A stretch of DNA of 64,000 nt from Escherichia coli (GTDB lineage: Bacteria; Pseudomonadota; Gammaproteobacteria; Enterobacterales; Enterobacteriaceae): assembly GCF_041886205.1 (NCBI RefSeq), contig NZ_CP169031.1. One strand, written 5' to 3'. The position numbers and the translations under genes are program-made. The notes beneath the pieces were generated by a model. The model had not been told where the DNA came from and made no database searches. It was given only the letters and a program-made list of their open reading frames with translations. Shown one piece after another: positions 1 to 9,782 of this stretch; positions within the stretch are counted from its first letter, which is position 1; each line of letters starts with the position of its first letter.

Positions 1-861
1 ATGAATCAATCTTTTATCTCCGATATTCTTTACGCAGACATTGAAAGTAAGGCAAAAGAACTAACAGTTAATTCAAACAACACTGTGCAGCCTGTAGCGT
101 TGATGCGCTTGGGGGTATTCGTGCCGAAGCCATCAAAGAGCAAAGGAGAAAGTAAAGAGATTGATGCCACCAAAGCGTTTTCCCAGCTGGAGATAGCTAA
201 AGCCGAGGGTTACGATGATATTAAAATCACCGGTCCTCGACTCGATATGGATACTGATTTCAAAACGTGGATCGGTGTCATCTACGCGTTCAGCAAATAC
301 GGCTTGTCCTCAAACACCATCCAGTTATCGTTTCAGGAATTCGCTAAAGCCTGTGGTTTCCCCTCAAAACGTCTGGATGCGAAACTGCGTTTAACCATTC
401 ATGAATCACTTGGACGCTTGCGTAACAAGGGTATCGCTTTTAAGCGCGGAAAAGATGCTAAAGGCGGCTATCAGACTGGTCTGCTGAAGGTCGGACGTTT
501 TGATGCTGACCTTGATCTGATAGAGCTGGAGGCTGATTCGAAGCTGTGGGAGCTGTTCCAGCTTGATTATCGCGTTCTGTTGCAACACCACGCCTTGCGT
601 GCCCTTCCGAAGAAAGAAGCTGCACAAGCCATTTACACTTTCATCGAAAGCCTTCCGCAGAACCCGTTGCCGCTATCGTTCGCGCGAATCCGTGAGCGCC
701 TGGCTTTGCAGTCAGCTGTTGGCGAGCAAAACCGTATCATTAAGAAAGCGATAGAACAGCTTAAAACAATCGGCTATCTCGACTGTTCAATTGAGAAGAA
801 AGGCCGGGAAAGTTTTGTAATCGTCCATTCTCGCAATCCAAAGCTGAAACTCCCCGAATAA
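1..861 (+). CDS. repA: Plasmid replication initiator RepA (P1 type)
   Basis: 286-aa ORF starting at window base 1, immediately followed by an iteron array and then parA/parB; sequence recalled as P1 RepA-like. The upstream origin lies outside the window. Confidence 0.85.
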   Translation: MNQSFISDILYADIESKAKELTVNSNNTVQPVALMRLGVFVPKPSKSKGESKEIDATKAFSQLEIAKAEGYDDIKITGPRLDMDTDFKTWIGVIYAFSKYGLSSNTIQLSFQEFAKACGFPSKRLDAKLRLTIHESLGRLRNKGIAFKRGKDAKGGYQTGLLKVGRFDADLDLIELEADSKLWELFQLDYRVLLQHHALRALPKKEAAQAIYTFIESLPQNPLPLSFARIRERLALQSAVGEQNRIIKKAIEQLKTIGYLDCSIEKKGRESFVIVHSRNPKLKLPE

Positions 862-1212
862 GTGTGTGCTGGAGGGCAGCTGCATTCAAAAAATGTGTGC
901 TGCCGGGAAGGCTTGTCCAATTTCCCGTTTTTGATGTGCGCTGGAGGGGGACGCCCCGCAGTTTGCTCAGACTTTCCCTCCAGCACACATCTGTCCATCC
1001 GTTTTTCCCTCCAGTGCACATGTAATTCTCTGTCTTTCCCTCCAGCACACATATTTGATACCAGCGATCCCTCCACAGCACATAATTCAATGCGACTTCC
1101 CTCTATCGCACATTCTGGTCCTGCATCATCCCTCCAGCACACATCTAATAGCCTCATCGCCATTTCTTTACGTGCAATAATTGACGCACGAATCAAAAAA
1201 AGTTGCACGTAG
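862..1212. repeat. incA: incA-type iteron array, nine ~19-bp repeats
   Basis: Repeats of tgtgtgctggaggg-like units: three in one orientation (about 865, 892, 931) and six in the opposite orientation as ttccctccagcacacat-like units (about 973, 1003, 1036, 1069, 1097, 1129). The ORFs overlapping this array are artefacts of the repeats. Confidence 0.8.
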
Positions 1213-1254
1213 CAGAATCAAACGTACAATTCACTCATACGAAATGATAAGGAG

Positions 1255-2466
1255 ATGATGATGAAACGCGATTACGGCGGTGTCGGCACCATAGCTCTTC
1301 GTGCAAGCGCATTACTTAAGGCCATGAGTCAGGATATTGAAGATCAGCGCAAAGAGTTCAATCAGACCGAGTATTATCAGACGTTCACTCGTAACGCTGT
1401 GGCAAAGTTGCCGAAGCTGAGCCGCCGCATTGTGGAGCAGGCCATCAAAGAGATGGAAGATGATGGGTACCAGTTCAACAAGAAACAGGTCGGTAACGTT
1501 GAACAGTACGCGCTGACCATCCAGAACGTCATTGATATCTATGCCCACCGTAAGATCCCCAAATATCGCGACATTCACAAATCGCCTTACGTTATTTTTG
1601 TCGTAAACCTGAAGGGTGGCGTATCCAAAACGGTTTCCACAGTCACGTTGGCGCACGCTCTGCGTGTGCATCAGGATTTACTGCGTCACGATCTGCGCAT
1701 TCTGGTAATTGACCTTGACCCTCAGGCATCCAGCACAATGTTCCTCGACCATACTCACAGTATTGGTTCCATCCTGGAAACCGCCGCGCAGGCGATGCTG
1801 AACGACCTGGACGCGGAGACGCTACGCAAAGAGGTGATTCGTCCGACCATCGTTCCTGGCGTAGACGTGATTCCAGCCTCTATCGACGATGGCTTTGTTG
1901 CCAGCCAATGGAAAGAGCTGGTTGAAGAGCATCTTCCCGGACAAAATCAGTACGAAATCCTTCGACGCAATATCATTGATCGTGTTGCGGATGATTATGA
2001 CTTTATCTTTATTGATACCGGTCCACACCTGGATCCGTTCCTGCTCAACGGTCTGGCGGCCAGCGATTTGCTGCTTACCCCTACCCCACCAGCCCAGGTT
2101 GACTTCCACTCAACACTGAAATATCTCACCCGTCTGCCAGAAATGCTGGAGCAACTGGAGGAGGAAGGCGTAGAACCGCGTTTGAGCGCCAGCATTGGTT
2201 TTATGTCGAAGATGACCGGCAAGCGCGATCACGAGACATCACACAGCCTTGCGCGTGAGGTTTACGCCAGCAACATTCTGGACTCTTCTCTGCCTCGTCT
2301 GGATGGCTTTGAGCGATGCGGCGAGTCTTTCGACACCGTAATCAGTGCCAACCCGCAATCGTATCCAGGCAGTGCAGAGGCGCTGAAGAAGGCACGAACC
2401 GAGGCCGAGCGTTTCACTAAGGCTGTGTTTGATCGAATTGAGTTTGTTAGGGGTGAGGCGGCATGA
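1255..2466 (+). CDS. parA: Partition ATPase ParA (type Ia, long N-terminus)
   Basis: 403-aa ORF with deviant Walker A (KGGVSKT); overlaps the parB start by 4 nt (atga). The true start may be one of the three leading Met codons. Confidence 0.85.
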   Translation: MMMKRDYGGVGTIALRASALLKAMSQDIEDQRKEFNQTEYYQTFTRNAVAKLPKLSRRIVEQAIKEMEDDGYQFNKKQVGNVEQYALTIQNVIDIYAHRKIPKYRDIHKSPYVIFVVNLKGGVSKTVSTVTLAHALRVHQDLLRHDLRILVIDLDPQASSTMFLDHTHSIGSILETAAQAMLNDLDAETLRKEVIRPTIVPGVDVIPASIDDGFVASQWKELVEEHLPGQNQYEILRRNIIDRVADDYDFIFIDTGPHLDPFLLNGLAASDLLLTPTPPAQVDFHSTLKYLTRLPEMLEQLEEEGVEPRLSASIGFMSKMTGKRDHETSHSLAREVYASNILDSSLPRLDGFERCGESFDTVISANPQSYPGSAEALKKARTEAERFTKAVFDRIEFVRGEAA

Positions 2467-3428
2467 AAAAAATAGTTTCCCGTGGACGAGTGCTGGGCAA
2501 GAATAGCTCCGAGTTTGCTCGCATGCTTGAAGGCAGTGAAGGCACCAAAACCTTTACCCTAAAATCTGGCCGCCAGGCTAAATTCTTGCTTACCGTCGTG
2601 CTGAGTGGTGAGATTGAGTCGCGCACGTTCGTTGACCCGGCAGTTAACGGCCGCGATCAGTCTCTGCTCACCCCTGAGTCGGTAAGCGATATTTCCCGCA
2701 CCATTAAATTGCAACAGTTCTTCCCGGCTATCGGTCGTATGGTTGGGGAGCGCATTGAGGTATTGGACGGATCGCGTCGCCGTGCTGCGTGTATCTTCAA
2801 TGAAACGAAATTTGAGATTCTGGTGACGAAAGATGAGATCAGCCTGGCGGATGCCCGCCAGCTGGCCATTGATATCCAGACAGCCCGCGAACACACTCTG
2901 CGCGAGCTGGGTAAACGCTTCGAGGTTATGTACGGTAAGAATATGACCAAAGAAGAGATCGCCCGAGCTGAGAACATCTCAAAGGCTAAAGTGACGCGAG
3001 CTTTCCAGGCTGCCGCGGTGCCGGATGAGATGATTGCTGTCTTCCCCGTAGCCAGCGATCTCGCCCTTCCAGATTACCAGTTACTGCTCCAGATCGCCGA
3101 GGATGCTAACGCTAAAAGCGTGCCGATTGAAGAGCTGGTTGATACGGTGCGCGAACGAATTGCAGAGACTGAGGGCGCGAAAGAGGATAAAGCGAAGATA
3201 CTGGCTATCTTCAAAGCGGAAAGCAAAAGCCTGAAGCCCGCGCCGGTTAAATCTGTGGTGGTTGAGAAGCTGCGAGACTTCTCTGACCGTCGCCAATATG
3301 CCCGAAAGAAGTCCGATCCGAAAAAACGGGTTGTCGCCTACGAGTTCTCCAGACTCCCGTCTGAAGTGCAAACTGAAATTGACGAAGCAATAAAAAAAAT
3401 CATTGGGAAAATGTCTGCTGGGGAATAA
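2463..3428 (+). CDS. parB: Partition centromere-binding protein ParB
   Basis: 321-aa ORF translationally coupled to parA and followed by an AT-rich centromere-like region. Confidence 0.8.
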   Translation: MKKIVSRGRVLGKNSSEFARMLEGSEGTKTFTLKSGRQAKFLLTVVLSGEIESRTFVDPAVNGRDQSLLTPESVSDISRTIKLQQFFPAIGRMVGERIEVLDGSRRRAACIFNETKFEILVTKDEISLADARQLAIDIQTAREHTLRELGKRFEVMYGKNMTKEEIARAENISKAKVTRAFQAAAVPDEMIAVFPVASDLALPDYQLLLQIAEDANAKSVPIEELVDTVRERIAETEGAKEDKAKILAIFKAESKSLKPAPVKSVVVEKLRDFSDRRQYARKKSDPKKRVVAYEFSRLPSEVQTEIDEAIKKIIGKMSAGE

Positions 3429-3479
3429 TCCCGCTGGTGGGAGGCGGCTTTAGCCCCCTCCCCTGTCTAAAATGTCCCG

Positions 3480-3565
3480 CGTCTATTTCATGTATAAATA
3501 TATGATATATATAGATATTCATGAAAAATTTCAGACTGAAATTCCCACGGTTTCACGCCTGTTTT
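3480..3565. promoter_or_regulatory. parS: parS-like partition site: AT-rich core flanked by ATTTCA-type heptamer repeats
   Basis: Directly downstream of parB: atttcatg, aatttcag, gaaattc and ggtttcacgcc flank an AT-rich stretch (tataaatatatgatatatatagatattcat) that could be an IHF site. The box sequences differ from my recollection of P1 parS. Confidence 0.4.
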
Positions 3566-3623
3566 ACTTGCCCCCCTCCCCCGCACAAAAAATTTAAAAA
3601 ATTACTTTTAGCGAGAAAGTCAA

Positions 3624-3643
3624 CAAGTGACTTTCAATAAAAT
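3624..3643 (+). promoter_or_regulatory. Late-promoter-like element: caagtgact, 5 nt, taaaat
   Basis: 9-mer caagtgact followed after 5 nt by a -10-like hexamer, with no -35, about 30 bp upstream of the capsid gene. The same architecture recurs at 25770, 44558, 48297 (minus) and 57477 (minus). Confidence 0.45.
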
Positions 3644-3673
3644 CTCTTCCGAAAAGGGATTCACACAAGTGCC

Positions 3674-5401
3674 TTGTGTTTAAGGAAGAGTAAATTGAGT
3701 AACTTACGCGAATACCAGAATCGTATTGCAGATATCGCAAAACGCTCTAAAGCTGTGCTTGGCTGGGCAAGCACTGCGCAGTTCGGTACTGATAACCAAT
3801 TCATTAAAGATGATGCCGCGCGTGCCGCATCTATCCTTGAAGCTGCACGTAAAGACCCGGTTTTTGCGGGTATCTCTGATAATGCCACCGCTCAAATCGC
3901 TACAGCGTGGGCAAGTGCACTGGCTGACTACGCCGCAGCACATAAATCTATGCCGCGTCCGGAAATTCTGGCCTCCTGCCACCAGACGCTGGAAAACTGC
4001 CTGATTGAGTCCACCCGCAATAGCATGGATGCCACTAATAAAGCGATGCTGGAATCCGTCGCAGCAGAGATGATGAGCGTTTCTGACGGTGTTATGCGTC
4101 TGCCTTTATTCCTCGCGATGATCCTGCCTGTTCAGTTGGGGGCCGCTACCGCTGATGCGTGTACCTTCATTCCGGTTACGCGTGACCAGTCAGACATCTA
4201 TGAAGTCTTTAACGTGGCAGGTTCCTCTTTTGGTTCTTATGCTGCTGGTGATGTTCTGGACATGCAATCCGTCGGGGTGTACAGCCAGTTACGCCGCCGC
4301 TATGTGCTGGTGGCAAGCTCCGATGGCACCAGCAAAACCGCAACCTTCAAGATGGAAGACTTCGAAGGCCAGAATGTACCAATCCGAAAAGGTCGTACTA
4401 ACATCTACGTTAACCGTATTAAGTCTGTTGTTGATAACGGTTCCGGCAGCCTACTTCACTCGTTTACTAATGCTGCTGGTGAGCAAATCACTGTTACCTG
4501 CTCTCTGAACTACAACATTGGTCAGATTGCCCTGTCGTTCTCCAAAGCGCCGGATAAAGGCACTGAGATCGCAATTGAGACGGAAATCAATATTGAAGCC
4601 GCTCCTGAGCTGATCCCGCTGATCAACCACGAAATGAAGAAATACACCCTGTTCCCAAGCCAGTTCGTTATCGCGGCTGAGCACACGGTACAGGCGGCGT
4701 ATGAAGCACAGCGTGAATTTGGTCTGGACCTGGGTTCCCTACAGTTCCGCACCCTGAAGGAATACCTGTCTCATGAACAGGATATGCTGCGTCTTCGCAT
4801 CATGATCTGGCGTACTCTTGCGACCGACACCTTTGACATCGCTCTGCCGGTTAACCAGTCCTTTGATGTATGGGCAACCATCATTCGTGGCAAATTCCAG
4901 ACTGTATATCGCGACATTATTGAGCGCGTTAAATCTTCTGGTGCGATGGGGATGTTTGCTGGTGCTGATGCAGCATCTTTCTTCAAACAGTTGCCGAAGG
5001 ATTTCTTCCAGCCAGCCGAAGACTATATCCAGACTCCGTATGTTCACTACATCGGTACCCTGTTCGGTAACGTGAAAGTGTACGAAGTACCTGCTGGTAT
5101 TTGTAAGAACTTAACGACAGAGAACATTCAGTTCAGCTCGATGGATGTGCTGTGCTACGTCCGTGATGAAAATCCGGGTAAAGCAGGCTTCGTGACTGGT
5201 GATGCTGTCCCGGCTATCCCGTTCCAGCATCCGACCACTCCGGCGCTGGTCAACCGTACCACACTGTGGGGTTCGGCTATCAACGATATGCACCCACGCA
5301 ACGGCGCTGATTACTTCACTCGTGTAACGCTGACAATGGCCAAAAAAGGCGGGCTTAACTTCATTAGCGGCGACACGATTGATGCCGGTGACTCTGAGTA
5401 A
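3674..5401 (+). CDS. Putative major head protein precursor (P1 gene 23-like)
   Basis: 575-aa ORF, first gene after parS and preceded by a late-promoter-like element. The track start is TTG; an in-frame TTG at 3695 has a better RBS (aaggaag). Confidence 0.5.
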   Translation: MCLRKSKLSNLREYQNRIADIAKRSKAVLGWASTAQFGTDNQFIKDDAARAASILEAARKDPVFAGISDNATAQIATAWASALADYAAAHKSMPRPEILASCHQTLENCLIESTRNSMDATNKAMLESVAAEMMSVSDGVMRLPLFLAMILPVQLGAATADACTFIPVTRDQSDIYEVFNVAGSSFGSYAAGDVLDMQSVGVYSQLRRRYVLVASSDGTSKTATFKMEDFEGQNVPIRKGRTNIYVNRIKSVVDNGSGSLLHSFTNAAGEQITVTCSLNYNIGQIALSFSKAPDKGTEIAIETEINIEAAPELIPLINHEMKKYTLFPSQFVIAAEHTVQAAYEAQREFGLDLGSLQFRTLKEYLSHEQDMLRLRIMIWRTLATDTFDIALPVNQSFDVWATIIRGKFQTVYRDIIERVKSSGAMGMFAGADAASFFKQLPKDFFQPAEDYIQTPYVHYIGTLFGNVKVYEVPAGICKNLTTENIQFSSMDVLCYVRDENPGKAGFVTGDAVPAIPFQHPTTPALVNRTTLWGSAINDMHPRNGADYFTRVTLTMAKKGGLNFISGDTIDAGDSE

Positions 5402-5461
5402 TCAGGGGAAGTTCTCCGTTTAACATAGCGCCCCCGTGCGGGGCGCATAACAGGGAAAGTT

Positions 5462-7051
5462 ATGTCTCAATATTCAATTCAACAGTCATTAGGTAATGCA
5501 TCCGGCGTCGCGGTTAGCCCGATCAATGCCGATGCGACGTTATCTACCGGTGTTGCATTAAATAGCAGCTTGTGGGCTGGTATTGGCGTATTTGCGCGTG
5601 GCAAGCCGTTTACTGTTCTTGCGGTTACTGAGTCCAATTACGAAGATGTTCTCGGCGAACCGCTGAAGCCGTCTTCCGGCTCACAGTTCGAACCAATTCG
5701 CCATGTATACGAAGCTATTCAGCAAACGTCAGGTTATGTTGTTCGTGCTGTTCCGGATGATGCGAAGTTCCCGATTATTATGTTCGATGAATCAGGCGAA
5801 CCGGCTTACAGTGCGTTGCCATACGGTTCTGAAATTGAACTTGATAGTGGCGAAGCCTTTGCTATCTACGTTGATGATGGTGATCCGTGTATTTCACCTA
5901 CCCGTGAGTTAACCATCGAAACGGCAACAGCGGACAGCGCGGGTAATGAACGCTTCCTCTTAAAACTGACCCAGACGACTTCGCTCGGCGTGGTAACGAC
6001 CCTGGAGACACACACTGTGTCTTTGGCGGAAGAAGCGAAAGATGACATGGGCCGCTTGTGTTATCTGCCTACGGCTCTGGAAGCCCGTTCTAAATATCTG
6101 CGCGCGGTTGTTAATGAAGAGCTGATTTCGACGGCGAAAGTAACAAATAAAAAATCGTTGGCGTTCACTGGTGGTACCAACGGTGATCAGTCGAAAATCT
6201 CAACCGCTGCGTACCTGCGTGCGGTGAAAGTGCTGAACAATGCGCCGTACATGTACACCGCTGTTCTCGGCCTGGGTTGCTATGACAATGCGGCGATCAC
6301 CGCGTTAGGTAATATTTGTTCTGATCGCCTGATTGATGGCTTCTTTGATGTCAAACCGACATTGACGTATACGGAAGCGCTCTCTGCTGTTGAAGATACC
6401 GGTTTACTTGGTACCGATTATGTAAGCTGTGCTGTCTATCACTTCCCGTTCTCCTGCAAAGACAAATGGACCCAATCCCGTGTGGTCTTCGGTCTGTCTG
6501 GCGCGGCGTATGCGGCGAAAGCTCGTGGCGTCAAGAAAAACTCTGATGTCGGCGGTTGGCATTACTCACCGGCTGGTGAAGAACGTGCCGTCATTGCTCG
6601 TGCGTCAATTCAACCGCTGTATCCGGAAGATACCCCGGACGAAGAAGCAATGGTTAAGGGCCGCCTCAATAAAGTATCTGTTGGCACCTCTGGCCAGATG
6701 ATCATCGACGATGCTTTAACTTGCTGCACGCAGGATAACTATCTGCACTTCCAGCACGTCCCATCCCTGATGAATGCAATCAGCCGTTTCTTTGTCCAGT
6801 TAGCCCGCCAGATGAAGCATAGCCCTGACGGTATTACTGCCGCTGGTCTGACTAAAGGGATGACCAAACTTTTGGATCGCTTTGTCGCCTCCGGCGCTCT
6901 GGTGGCTCCTCGTGATCCTGATGCTGACGGTACAGAACCGTATGTGCTGAAAGTTACGCAGGCGGAATTCGATAAATGGGAAGTAGTCTGGGCCTGCTGC
7001 CCGACTGGCGTAGCCCGTCGTATCCAGGGCGTACCGCTGCTTATTAAGTAA
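5462..7051 (+). CDS. Putative contractile tail sheath protein
   Basis: 529-aa ORF of sheath-like size, placed between the head gene and tube-like genes. Assigned from position and size only. Confidence 0.45.
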   Translation: MSQYSIQQSLGNASGVAVSPINADATLSTGVALNSSLWAGIGVFARGKPFTVLAVTESNYEDVLGEPLKPSSGSQFEPIRHVYEAIQQTSGYVVRAVPDDAKFPIIMFDESGEPAYSALPYGSEIELDSGEAFAIYVDDGDPCISPTRELTIETATADSAGNERFLLKLTQTTSLGVVTTLETHTVSLAEEAKDDMGRLCYLPTALEARSKYLRAVVNEELISTAKVTNKKSLAFTGGTNGDQSKISTAAYLRAVKVLNNAPYMYTAVLGLGCYDNAAITALGNICSDRLIDGFFDVKPTLTYTEALSAVEDTGLLGTDYVSCAVYHFPFSCKDKWTQSRVVFGLSGAAYAAKARGVKKNSDVGGWHYSPAGEERAVIARASIQPLYPEDTPDEEAMVKGRLNKVSVGTSGQMIIDDALTCCTQDNYLHFQHVPSLMNAISRFFVQLARQMKHSPDGITAAGLTKGMTKLLDRFVASGALVAPRDPDADGTEPYVLKVTQAEFDKWEVVWACCPTGVARRIQGVPLLIK

Positions 7052-7060
7052 GGGAATACA

Positions 7061-7876
7061 ATGAGCAAAAACTTTTTTCAATCCGGGGCATTTTTGGGGA
7101 ATGGACTGTCTCGTTTCGCTTTGAACTCTGATCCTGTGCAGCTGATGGAGTCTGCCCGAGCAAGCGCCGAACCGCCAACAGATCCGGTTATTAATAATAA
7201 TCCGGAACCGGCGGCACAGACTAACGATAACGTTCCATCTGCCCCGGCTCCTGAGCAAATCCTGGAAGGGAAAGACGGTAAAGAATGGACCGTCGAACAG
7301 GCGCACCAGATGATTCTGGAAGCTGCAAATCGAAGTGCTATGCAGAATGCGTTGAGTGATGCGGCCGACGCCGTTTTCGCCTGGGCTGATAGCGGTGATC
7401 TGACTTTCGACTCCCTTGATGGTTTCGTTCAGGCTATCGCTGGTATCTCTGATGACGACGACTCCGAAGTTACAGAAGAACAGGACGATGCCTATAACGA
7501 AGCATGGGCAAATGTTGCTGACTTCCTCGCAGCATGCGGTGTAGATGATGACCTGATCGAAGCACTGGCTGACGATGAAGACGACGACGCAGCTGCTGAT
7601 GTTGGTGCCTCTATCGCTGGTTTAGATAGCGACGACCGTGACGAACTGGAAGCGGCGTTTGTTGTTGCTGGCACTTCTGATGAAATGCTGACTGAAGCAT
7701 TTAAGAAGGTTGTTCGTAACGGTGAGATCAAACTCATCCGTAAACGCCTGCGTAAAAAACGTCTGACTGCGGCTCAAAAATCGGCGCTGAAAAAAGCGCG
7801 TCGAAAAGCCCAGACGGGTGCGGCAAAACTTGCCCGCAAAAAGTCAATGAAACTGCGCCGTAAGCGCCTTGGCTAA
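7061..7876 (+). CDS. Hypothetical virion protein with acidic core and basic C-terminal tail
   Basis: 271 aa; strongly acidic central region (D/E runs) and a Lys/Arg-rich C-terminus (KRLRKKRL...RRKRLG). Confidence 0.4.
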   Translation: MSKNFFQSGAFLGNGLSRFALNSDPVQLMESARASAEPPTDPVINNNPEPAAQTNDNVPSAPAPEQILEGKDGKEWTVEQAHQMILEAANRSAMQNALSDAADAVFAWADSGDLTFDSLDGFVQAIAGISDDDDSEVTEEQDDAYNEAWANVADFLAACGVDDDLIEALADDEDDDAAADVGASIAGLDSDDRDELEAAFVVAGTSDEMLTEAFKKVVRNGEIKLIRKRLRKKRLTAAQKSALKKARRKAQTGAAKLARKKSMKLRRKRLG

Positions 7877-7911
7877 AGGAGGAGGCCGGAGAACTCCGGC
7901 CTTTAACTTGA

Positions 7912-8493
7912 ATGGCACCTATACCTTATGGGGTTTACAGCCAGGCTGACGGTGTATCGCCATTTCTGAAAGTTACTTTAACGAACTCTCAGTACCAGGT
8001 TACCGGATATATCAGCCAGGGGGCAGCAATGAACATGGCCCAGAATTGGGAAGCGCCGTTTACCGGTATGTCCATGGGGTCTGTTGCTGGTGCCTTCAGT
8101 GGTTTTGCGCAGGTTGGTACTGAAACAACGTCGGTGGCCCGTTGGAACAGCTTAATGGTTTGGGAGGGGGGAACACCGCCAACTTTCACGCTGCCAGTAA
8201 CTTTCATCGCTTTGTTTGATCCATTCACGGAGGTTTCAGGAGCTATCGCCGCATTGTCAGCGATGATTAGCCCGGAACTTAAAGATGCCAGTATTGGTGG
8301 TCGAATCCCGGAGCGTGTGACGCTAAACATTGGTCGCCGGATCAACATCATTGATGTCGCTATCCAGGACATAAGTTTCGATCTCGATGCGCCCAGGGAC
8401 AGCAATGGGCATTTCCTGAAAAACACCGTCAACCTCCAGTTGACCGGTTCTTCGATATATAACAGCTCCGATATTGTTCGGGCGTTCCAGTAA
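7912..8493 (+). CDS. Hypothetical tail or baseplate-associated protein
   Basis: 193-aa ORF inside the structural operon, after a weak hairpin at 7883-7902. Confidence 0.4.
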   Translation: MAPIPYGVYSQADGVSPFLKVTLTNSQYQVTGYISQGAAMNMAQNWEAPFTGMSMGSVAGAFSGFAQVGTETTSVARWNSLMVWEGGTPPTFTLPVTFIALFDPFTEVSGAIAALSAMISPELKDASIGGRIPERVTLNIGRRINIIDVAIQDISFDLDAPRDSNGHFLKNTVNLQLTGSSIYNSSDIVRAFQ

Positions 8494-8504
8494 AAGGATT
8501 TTAT

Positions 8505-9014
8505 ATGGGGCACAATAACACTAAGGGAAACCGTAAATTTATTAAGGGCCGCTATACTGCCAACGCGGCCAAAGGCGAACGACTGGTATCTTCTGAATTC
8601 CAGCTCACTTTTGCAGGCCATGAAGATATCAGCGTACTGGTTCGCACGTCGCAAATTCCTGAAATGACCCGCGAGGATGTGGAGGACTATGGTCCGAATG
8701 GTGTGAAGTTCAACCAGCACGGTCCAATTCGAAACTCTGGGGAAATCCAGGTCCAGTGCGTGGAGACTATCGAAGGCGATATTCTTCAGTTCATTAAAGA
8801 TCGCATTGCGGCGAAGGACTATGTTGATATCACGATGGCTGCTACCCCTGAATCCAAATCTTCCGGGGTTAACGCTGTGACAAAAGCTGCTACAACAATT
8901 GAAATGTTGGACTGCAAAATCTACAGTGATGCAATCGACTTTAGTACCGAAGATGTGACTGCCGCTGTGCGTCCGTCACTTCGTATCGTTTACAACTGGA
9001 TTGAGTGGGATTAA
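8505..9014 (+). CDS. Putative tail tube protein (gp19-like)
   Basis: 169 aa; size and the C-terminal ...NWIEWD ending are reminiscent of myovirus tube proteins. Followed by an intrinsic terminator. Confidence 0.45.
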   Translation: MGHNNTKGNRKFIKGRYTANAAKGERLVSSEFQLTFAGHEDISVLVRTSQIPEMTREDVEDYGPNGVKFNQHGPIRNSGEIQVQCVETIEGDILQFIKDRIAAKDYVDITMAATPESKSSGVNAVTKAATTIEMLDCKIYSDAIDFSTEDVTAAVRPSLRIVYNWIEWD

Positions 9015-9033
9015 GAGTCATCCCTTGTATTTT

Positions 9034-9057
9034 AAAGCTCCTGCGGGAGCTTTTTTT
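9034..9057 (+). terminator. Rho-independent terminator
   Basis: Hairpin aaagctcc-tgcg-ggagcttt followed by a T-run. Confidence 0.55.
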
Positions 9058-9185
9058 ATAACTATTTTATATAAACATGCATCGATAACATTGTCTGGAG
9101 TTTTATGTTAGATTATTAATGTTCTAATAAACTACAATTATTGAGGTAGATGTTTGTGCCTGTACTGTTAAAGGGGGACTCTAAA

Positions 9186-9782
9186 ATGGCTGTGATTCCA
9201 ATGTCGTACTCCCCGGGTACTGTCGCTCGTCGATTTTCGATCCTGGACGGAGTTACCATCCAGGGTGTGCTTTACCAGGTTATATGGGATTCCAAAACCC
9301 CATTTGCAGCTGTAATAGAGGCTGCGCCTTCTGTTATCGATGGTGATATGCGCCATAAGGTTGTCGCTACTCTTGAACTTCAACGTCGCCCGCAGCTTGA
9401 AGGCGTACTGGTAAGGAAGTTCTGGGAGGATAGCGATGTTGCCCAGATTGAAGGTATCGTGGTTGATGGAACCGTCCGTGATGTCGGTTTAGCTACTTTT
9501 GTTTACGAAACCGTAGCCTCAAAAGCTGGTGTTGTTTTGCTTAGTGATAATGAGCAATACGAAGGTGGAAAAGCTCTTTGGCAACACATCGCCCGTCGCT
9601 CTTCCGAGCTAAAAGTGTTTATCCTCGACACCGATGCCGCTCAGTATTACCCGTTTGACGGCGAACGTGTTTGCTATGACGGGGTAAGTATTCCTGAATC
9701 TGAGATATGGAGTGAACACCCAGATCGAAGTAAGCATGGGGTTGTTCTTGTCGCTGAATCCATAACTGGAAAGGCGGCATAG
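9186..9782 (+). CDS. Hypothetical protein
   Basis: ORF track 9150..9782; the preferred start at 9186 (MAVIPMS...) has an aaggggga RBS. No recognisable motif. Confidence 0.4.
   Translation: MAVIPMSYSPGTVARRFSILDGVTIQGVLYQVIWDSKTPFAAVIEAAPSVIDGDMRHKVVATLELQRRPQLEGVLVRKFWEDSDVAQIEGIVVDGTVRDVGLATFVYETVASKAGVVLLSDNEQYEGGKALWQHIARRSSELKVFILDTDAAQYYPFDGERVCYDGVSIPESEIWSEHPDRSKHGVVLVAESITGKAA

Noticed and set aside
774-1212. ORFs of 109-144 aa on both strands overlapping the region after repA
   Set aside because: They run through the iteron array; the open frames are artefacts of the repeated tgtgtgctggaggg units, not genes.
862-1212. Possible CRISPR array, because of regularly spaced short repeats
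   Set aside because: Repeats are ~19 bp in mixed orientation with irregular 10-20 bp spacing, next to repA; this is a plasmid iteron array. No cas genes are present.
5428-5447. GC-rich hairpin gcgcccc-cgtgc-ggggcgc after the capsid gene, considered as a terminator
   Set aside because: There is no following U-tract and the sheath gene starts 15 nt later; more likely an RNA stability or processing element or partial attenuator.
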